Positions 59,241-64,000 of a DNA stretch of 64,000 nt are shown piece by piece. The translations under genes and the position numbers were made by a program. Each line of letters starts with the position of its first letter. Position 1 is the first letter of the stretch. Below the pieces are notes generated by a model. It did not search any database. It saw only the letters and a program-made list of their open reading frames with translations, and was not told the origin of the DNA. The stretch comes from Gemmatimonadales bacterium (GTDB taxonomy: Bacteria > Gemmatimonadota > Gemmatimonadetes > Gemmatimonadales > GWC2-71-9), in the NCBI GenBank assembly GCA_965249575.1, contig OZ252244.1, forward strand, positions 832,001 to 896,000, in the 5' to 3' direction.

Positions 59241-60776
59241 TTGACTGAGCCTCTGTGGACGGCCTTGCGGACAGCGGTAGAGTGGCCCTCACTCGCCATC
59301 GTCTTCGCGGCCGCCATGTATGGCCTCGTCATCGGAGCGATCCCCGGTCTCACGGCGACCATGGCCGTCGCGCTGCTCATTCCAGTCACGTTCTTTCTCA
59401 ATGATCTGCACGCCATCGCCGCTATCGTCACGCTCGAAGCGTGCGCGATCTTCGCGGGCGACATCCCAGCGATGCTAGTCCGTATTCCCGGCACGCCGTC
59501 ATCGGCAGCCTACACCGATGAGGCGTATCAGTTCACGCTGCGGGGTGAACCGGAGCGCCCCTTGGCGGTTTCACTGGTGTTCAGCGTCGTTGGTGGACTG
59601 TTCGGTGCTGCGCTGCTCATGACGGCAGCACCGCGGCTGGCGTCGATCGCCGTCTCCTTCACCAGCTACGAGTACTTCTGGCTCACGGTGCTCGGTCTGA
59701 GCTCCGCCGCGATCATCTCCAGAGGATCGATGGCCCAGGGCAGTGTGGCGCTTCTCACCGGCCTGCTCTTGTCGACCATTGGCCTCGGCGCGGTCCATAG
59801 CACGCCTCGTTTCACGTTTGGGCGGGACGAGCTGATCGCGGGGGTCAGCTTCATCCCCGCGATGATCGGTCTGTTCGGTCTCTCCGAGGTGCTCCGGAAC
59901 GTGATTCGGATCCGCCATGCACCCTCAGGGAACGGAAACGAACGATCTCGCGACCAGTCGTCGAGGCCGCGTCCTCCTGGCCCCACCGCCTATCGATCGG
60001 CCTTGACCCTCCTGTGGCGGCGCAAGTGGCACGTCTTTCGATCCAGCACCCTCGGTTCGGTGATCGGTCTCCTGCCAGGTGCCGGCGCGGACATCGCGGC
60101 CTGGATATCCCTGGCGGTATCCAAGCGCCTCTCGCGCACCCGCCCCGATGGGCCGGCATCGGCACTCGACGGCATTGGTGACGCCACGAACGCGAACAAC
60201 TCGGCCCTGGCGGGCGCATGGATTCCCACCCTCGTCTTCGGCATCCCGGGAGACTCTGTCACCGCCATCCTCATCGGCGTGCTATTGATAAAGAACATCA
60301 CGCCCGGACCGGAGATCTTCGTCAACGAAGCGCAGAGTGTCCTGGTATACGGAATCTACGTAACGTTCGTGCTGGCGAACCTGATGCTCATAACGCTGGG
60401 CTGGCTCGCGATTCGGTTCGGCGTCTATCTAGTTCGTATCCGCAAACAGATCTTGATGCCGGCGATTCTCCTGTTCTGCGTGGTGGGTGCCTATGCCATC
60501 AACGCCAGCTACTTCGACGTCTGGGTCATGCTGGCGATGGGACTCTTGGGGTTCGCATTCGAAGCCGGCCGGATCCCCTTGGGGCCGGTCGTCCTGGGGA
60601 TCATTTTGGGAGGGAAGCTGGAAGAAACGTTCGTACAGAGCCTCACCAAGTCATCATCGATGATCGATTTCTTCACCCGTCCCGTTTCCGCCGTCCTCGG
60701 CGCGTTGACCGTTCTCCTTTGGGTCGGCCCGCCGATCGTGTCCGCATGGCGGCGGCGCGACATCACCGTCTCGTGA
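59241..60776 (+). CDS. tctA: Tripartite tricarboxylate transporter large permease
   Basis: GAIPGLTATMAVALL, RIPGTPSSAA, LPGAGA, GIPGDSVTA. Confidence 0.92.
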   Translation: MTEPLWTALRTAVEWPSLAIVFAAAMYGLVIGAIPGLTATMAVALLIPVTFFLNDLHAIAAIVTLEACAIFAGDIPAMLVRIPGTPSSAAYTDEAYQFTLRGEPERPLAVSLVFSVVGGLFGAALLMTAAPRLASIAVSFTSYEYFWLTVLGLSSAAIISRGSMAQGSVALLTGLLLSTIGLGAVHSTPRFTFGRDELIAGVSFIPAMIGLFGLSEVLRNVIRIRHAPSGNGNERSRDQSSRPRPPGPTAYRSALTLLWRRKWHVFRSSTLGSVIGLLPGAGADIAAWISLAVSKRLSRTRPDGPASALDGIGDATNANNSALAGAWIPTLVFGIPGDSVTAILIGVLLIKNITPGPEIFVNEAQSVLVYGIYVTFVLANLMLITLGWLAIRFGVYLVRIRKQILMPAILLFCVVGAYAINASYFDVWVMLAMGLLGFAFEAGRIPLGPVVLGIILGGKLEETFVQSLTKSSSMIDFFTRPVSAVLGALTVLLWVGPPIVSAWRRRDITVS

Positions 60777-60878
60777 ATTCTAGGCGGGCTGTCGCGCTCG
60801 AAGCGACGTGTGAATCGCATCGGCCCCTAACGCCGAAGCGCGTCCGAACGCAAGCCATTTGCCAACTGGGAGGAACCA

Positions 60879-61466
60879 ATGACAGTACGAGCACGAGCGC
60901 TGCGGTTCGTGATACACTTGCCGACGCTGATTCTTCTTCCGGTAGCGGCTGCTTGCGTCACCGAGAACGGCCGCACCGAATCCACCAGCACCCAGGCCGG
61001 ACCAAGTCCTGAACAGCGTCTGGAGGAATTGGGAATCGAGTTACAGGAACCCACGGCACCGGTGGCCAACTACGTGAACGCGGTACGAACAGGTAATCTC
61101 GTCTTCCTCGCGGGGCACGGCCCGGCGAAGCCGGACGGCGGTTTCGTCACCGGGAAGGTGGGCCGCGACCTCGGTGTCGAGGAAGCGAAAGAAGCCGCGC
61201 GCCTCACGGCGATCAGCCTGCTCTCATCGCTCAAGGCCGAGATTGGCGACCTCGACAAGGTGACACGCATCGTCAAGGTCTTCGGTATGGTCAACGCAGA
61301 TCCGGCGTTCGCGCAACACCCGCAGGTCATCAATGGCTGCTCCGACCTCCTCGTAGAAGTGTTCGGTGATCGCGGCCGCCACGCTCGCGCCGCGGTCGGG
61401 ATGGGAACGCTGCCGTTTAATATTGCCGTCGAAATCGAAATGGTCGTTGAGGTCGCGGGTTCGTGA
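60879..61466 (+). CDS. RidA (YjgF/YER057c/UK114) family protein with lipoprotein signal
   Basis: GGAGG SD, lipobox AAAC, VANYV, GMVN, NGCSDL, GRHARAAVG, AVEIE. Confidence 0.9.
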   Translation: MTVRARALRFVIHLPTLILLPVAAACVTENGRTESTSTQAGPSPEQRLEELGIELQEPTAPVANYVNAVRTGNLVFLAGHGPAKPDGGFVTGKVGRDLGVEEAKEAARLTAISLLSSLKAEIGDLDKVTRIVKVFGMVNADPAFAQHPQVINGCSDLLVEVFGDRGRHARAAVGMGTLPFNIAVEIEMVVEVAGS

Positions 61467-61476
61467 GCGTGCCGAG

Positions 61477-62439
61477 ATGAGAAGCGTGCGGCTGGGGCGA
61501 ACCGGCCTGTCATCCAGCACCGTAGCGCTGGGAACCTGGGCATACGGCGGGCCAAACACCGCACGGGGACAGCCCGTCGGGTGGACTGGACACGACGATC
61601 GGCTGGCCCGAGAGGCACTCATCCGGGCCCATGAAAAGGGGATCCGCCACTGGGATACTGCAGACGTTTACGGGGAGGGCCAATCGGAAACCCTCATCGG
61701 AACGCTGTGGAACGCCGTGCCTCGCGCCGACATCCTGCTTGCCTCAAAGGTCGGATGGGATCCGGGGCCGCAGGGATACTATTACGATCCGGCACACATG
61801 CGGACCAAGCTCGAAGCCTCGCTCCGATACCTGAGGACCGAGGTGATCGATCTCTACTACCTGCACCACTGTGACTTCGGTCCGAACGACGAGCACTTGG
61901 ACGGTGCCGTCGAAACTGTTCGGCAGTTCAGGGAAGAGGGGAAGGTCCAGTTCCTCGGTCTGTCCGACTGGGACAGCGCCCGCGTCGCACGCTTCCTCGA
62001 GCGAGTGGACCCAGACGTCGTGCAGGTCTATCGAAGTGTCGTCGATGACGGGTACGAATCGAGCGGCCTCGCGGGGCTCGTGAAGCAGCGCGACCTGGGT
62101 GTCGCGTTCTTCTCTCCACTCCGTCACGGGCTGCTGCTCGGGACGTATGATCGTCCGACGTCGTTTGGAGCGGGGGATTGGCGTAACGGGATCCCCGAGT
62201 TTCGCGATCCGGAGGTTCTGGCAACAATGCGGCGAAATAGGGACGCGCTGAGCCAACGATTCGGGGAAAGCCTGCAACCTGTTTTACATGGACTCTGCGG
62301 CGCACTTTTGAGCGACGCGCCCAAGGGGTGCGTGCTGCTGGGACTCCGCAACGCGGATCAGGTCGATGCAGCGGCCTCTGTAGGGGAGCCCGTGAGCCCC
62401 GTTGATGCCGCGTGGGTAAAGGCACTCTACAGGCCCTGA
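61477..62439 (+). CDS. Aldo/keto reductase
   Basis: LGTWAYGG, DTADVYG.G.SE, ASKVG, IDLYYLH. Confidence 0.9.
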   Translation: MRSVRLGRTGLSSSTVALGTWAYGGPNTARGQPVGWTGHDDRLAREALIRAHEKGIRHWDTADVYGEGQSETLIGTLWNAVPRADILLASKVGWDPGPQGYYYDPAHMRTKLEASLRYLRTEVIDLYYLHHCDFGPNDEHLDGAVETVRQFREEGKVQFLGLSDWDSARVARFLERVDPDVVQVYRSVVDDGYESSGLAGLVKQRDLGVAFFSPLRHGLLLGTYDRPTSFGAGDWRNGIPEFRDPEVLATMRRNRDALSQRFGESLQPVLHGLCGALLSDAPKGCVLLGLRNADQVDAAASVGEPVSPVDAAWVKALYRP

Positions 62440-62490
62440 ACGGATGATGCAGATCCGCCAGTGACCACGCTTGAGGGGAGAACGCGGAAA

Positions 62491-63735
62491 ATGAGCCATC
62501 ACGATTGGATCGCGCCTGAGGAACACCAGCTGACCGCCGCACAGATGCAGGATCTGTGGCGCGTGAGCCGCGAGAGCGGGATGTCGCGTCGTGATTTCGT
62601 GCGCCTGCTGGCGGCAGGTGGGAGCACCGCGGTGCTGTCAGCGTGCGATCGGCGAGCTGACACCCCACACACACCGTCGGACCCGGAAGACGCTCCGTGG
62701 GTCAAGAATCCGGCTCCGTTCATACGGCATCCGACGAACCTCGAGACGCGATTGGAGAATCTCACGGGGTTCCTGACACCCAACTCGCAGTTTTTCGTGC
62801 GGAACCATGCGCCAACGCCGAGGATCGACCCCGCCGCCTATCGTCTGCGCGTGGAAGGTGACGCCGTGCGGGAGCCCGTCGAGCTCAGCTACGACGACCT
62901 GCTTCGCCTCCCTGGCCATTCCATGATCGCGTATGTCGAGTGCGCTGGGAATTGGCGCGGGTTCTACAGTCAAGTAATGGGTCAGGTGGCGAGCGGAGGA
63001 CAATGGGGAACGGGCGCGGTGGGATGCTCCAGCTGGTCCGGCGTGTCACTCGGCTCGATACTCGACCTGGCGGGAATCACGCCGGCCGCGGTCGACGTCA
63101 ACCTCATCGGCGGTGACGAAGGAGAGTTCAGCAGGCCTCTGCCGGTCGACAAAGCGACGGAGTCTGACGTGATGCTGGCGCACACGATGAACGGCGAACC
63201 CCTCCCACCCGATCACGGATTCCCCGTACGCGCAGTCGTACCCGGATGGGTTGGTAGCTCGAGCGTCAAATGGCTCTCACAAATCGTGGTCTCGTCGCAG
63301 AGGATTTGGGGCAAGAATAACACGACGTCCTACGTACTCATCGGTCCACGATGGCCCCAGGAACGCTACGATCCCGCCCAGGGCGCGCCGATCACCAAGC
63401 TGAACGTCAAGAGCGCGATCGCCTTACCACGTCCGGCTTCACTTCGTGCCGGCCCCCAAACAGTTCGGGGCTTCGCCCATTCGCCTCATGGCTCGATTGC
63501 AGGCGTTGAGTGGCGGGAAGGCAACGGAGCCTGGCAGCCCGCACGCTTGCTCCAGCCCGTGTATCCTCGGGCCTGGGTGCGATTCGAGTTCGATTGGTCA
63601 GCGGTGCCGGGGCGCCACACACTTACCGTGCGCGCCACGGACGTACGGGGAAACACCCAGCCATCCACCGCGGCGCCGAATGAGAAAGGGTACCTGCTGA
63701 ACGTCCCGCTGGAGCATCCCGTGGTGGTCGCATAA
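62491..63735 (+). CDS. Sulfite oxidase family molybdoenzyme (SorA/SoxC-like), Tat lipoprotein
   Basis: SRRDFV and LSAC; FFVRNH, ECAGN, MNGEPLPPDHGFPVR..VPGW.G..SVKWL. Confidence 0.9.
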   Translation: MSHHDWIAPEEHQLTAAQMQDLWRVSRESGMSRRDFVRLLAAGGSTAVLSACDRRADTPHTPSDPEDAPWVKNPAPFIRHPTNLETRLENLTGFLTPNSQFFVRNHAPTPRIDPAAYRLRVEGDAVREPVELSYDDLLRLPGHSMIAYVECAGNWRGFYSQVMGQVASGGQWGTGAVGCSSWSGVSLGSILDLAGITPAAVDVNLIGGDEGEFSRPLPVDKATESDVMLAHTMNGEPLPPDHGFPVRAVVPGWVGSSSVKWLSQIVVSSQRIWGKNNTTSYVLIGPRWPQERYDPAQGAPITKLNVKSAIALPRPASLRAGPQTVRGFAHSPHGSIAGVEWREGNGAWQPARLLQPVYPRAWVRFEFDWSAVPGRHTLTVRATDVRGNTQPSTAAPNEKGYLLNVPLEHPVVVA

Positions 63736-64000
63736 GCGCCTCTAACCGTGCCGGCCGGATCGCCGTGGCGGGGGTCTCCGCCATACTCGCCATCGGAGGC
63801 TTCGTCGTCCTGAAGTGGCAGGGACATTCCGCCACGCAACAGCTGACCGACGGGCGTGCCCTTTACGAACGCTACTGTTACGCGTGTCACGATGTCGAGG
63901 GAAACATCGGGACGGCGCTCTCGGCCGACGAGCTGCGGTCCTATGAGACCGCCACACGGCTGTTCAGCTACGTGCGGTTTGCGATGCCGTACGACGCGCC
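63732..64000 (+). CDS. Membrane-anchored cytochrome c (SoxD/SorB-like partner), runs off window end
   Basis: Manual translation: TM helix, GRALYERYCYACH, YVRFAMPYDA; start ATA 63732 or GTG 63765. Confidence 0.8.
   Translation, partial: MSASNRAGRIAVAGVSAILAIGGFVVLKWQGHSATQQLTDGRALYERYCYACHDVEGNIGTALSADELRSYETATRLFSYVRFAMPYDA

Noticed and set aside
1..64000. CRISPR array, IS element, prophage, retron/DGR or defence system
   Set aside because: No spaced direct repeats, transposase, reverse transcriptase, nuclease or phage structural motifs recognised.

Overview
GC-rich bacterial chromosomal segment of mostly housekeeping, transport and catabolic genes. Gemmatimonadota is my inference from the gene families present: a carboxypeptidase-regulatory-like secreted protein, an LVIVD-like secreted family, Ig-like repeats and a bacilliredoxin. 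It holds about 55 CDS and two tandem tRNA-Glu genes; I saw no integrase, transposase, prophage or CRISPR array. Several genes are split by single-base indels, often in homopolymers, which looks like long-read consensus error. Best finding: a peroxiredoxin-like gene (26871-27353, minus strand), only partly caught by the ORF track, with an in-frame TGA at the redox cysteine of a UxxC motif, i.e. a probable selenoprotein. Also notable: (1) a predicted extracytoplasmic module of Tat-signal SelA/DgaE-like PLP enzyme, TctC-TctB fusion, TctA and a lipoprotein RidA; (2) a Tat-signal aldo/keto reductase paired with an NTT-like transporter; (3) an uppS operon with tandem palindromic operators; (4) a dense set of gene-fragment junctions between 39 and 57 kb, including two orphan pieces of a paralogue of the intact gene at 20985-22385. 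All functional calls come from motif recognition by eye; no database searches were run.
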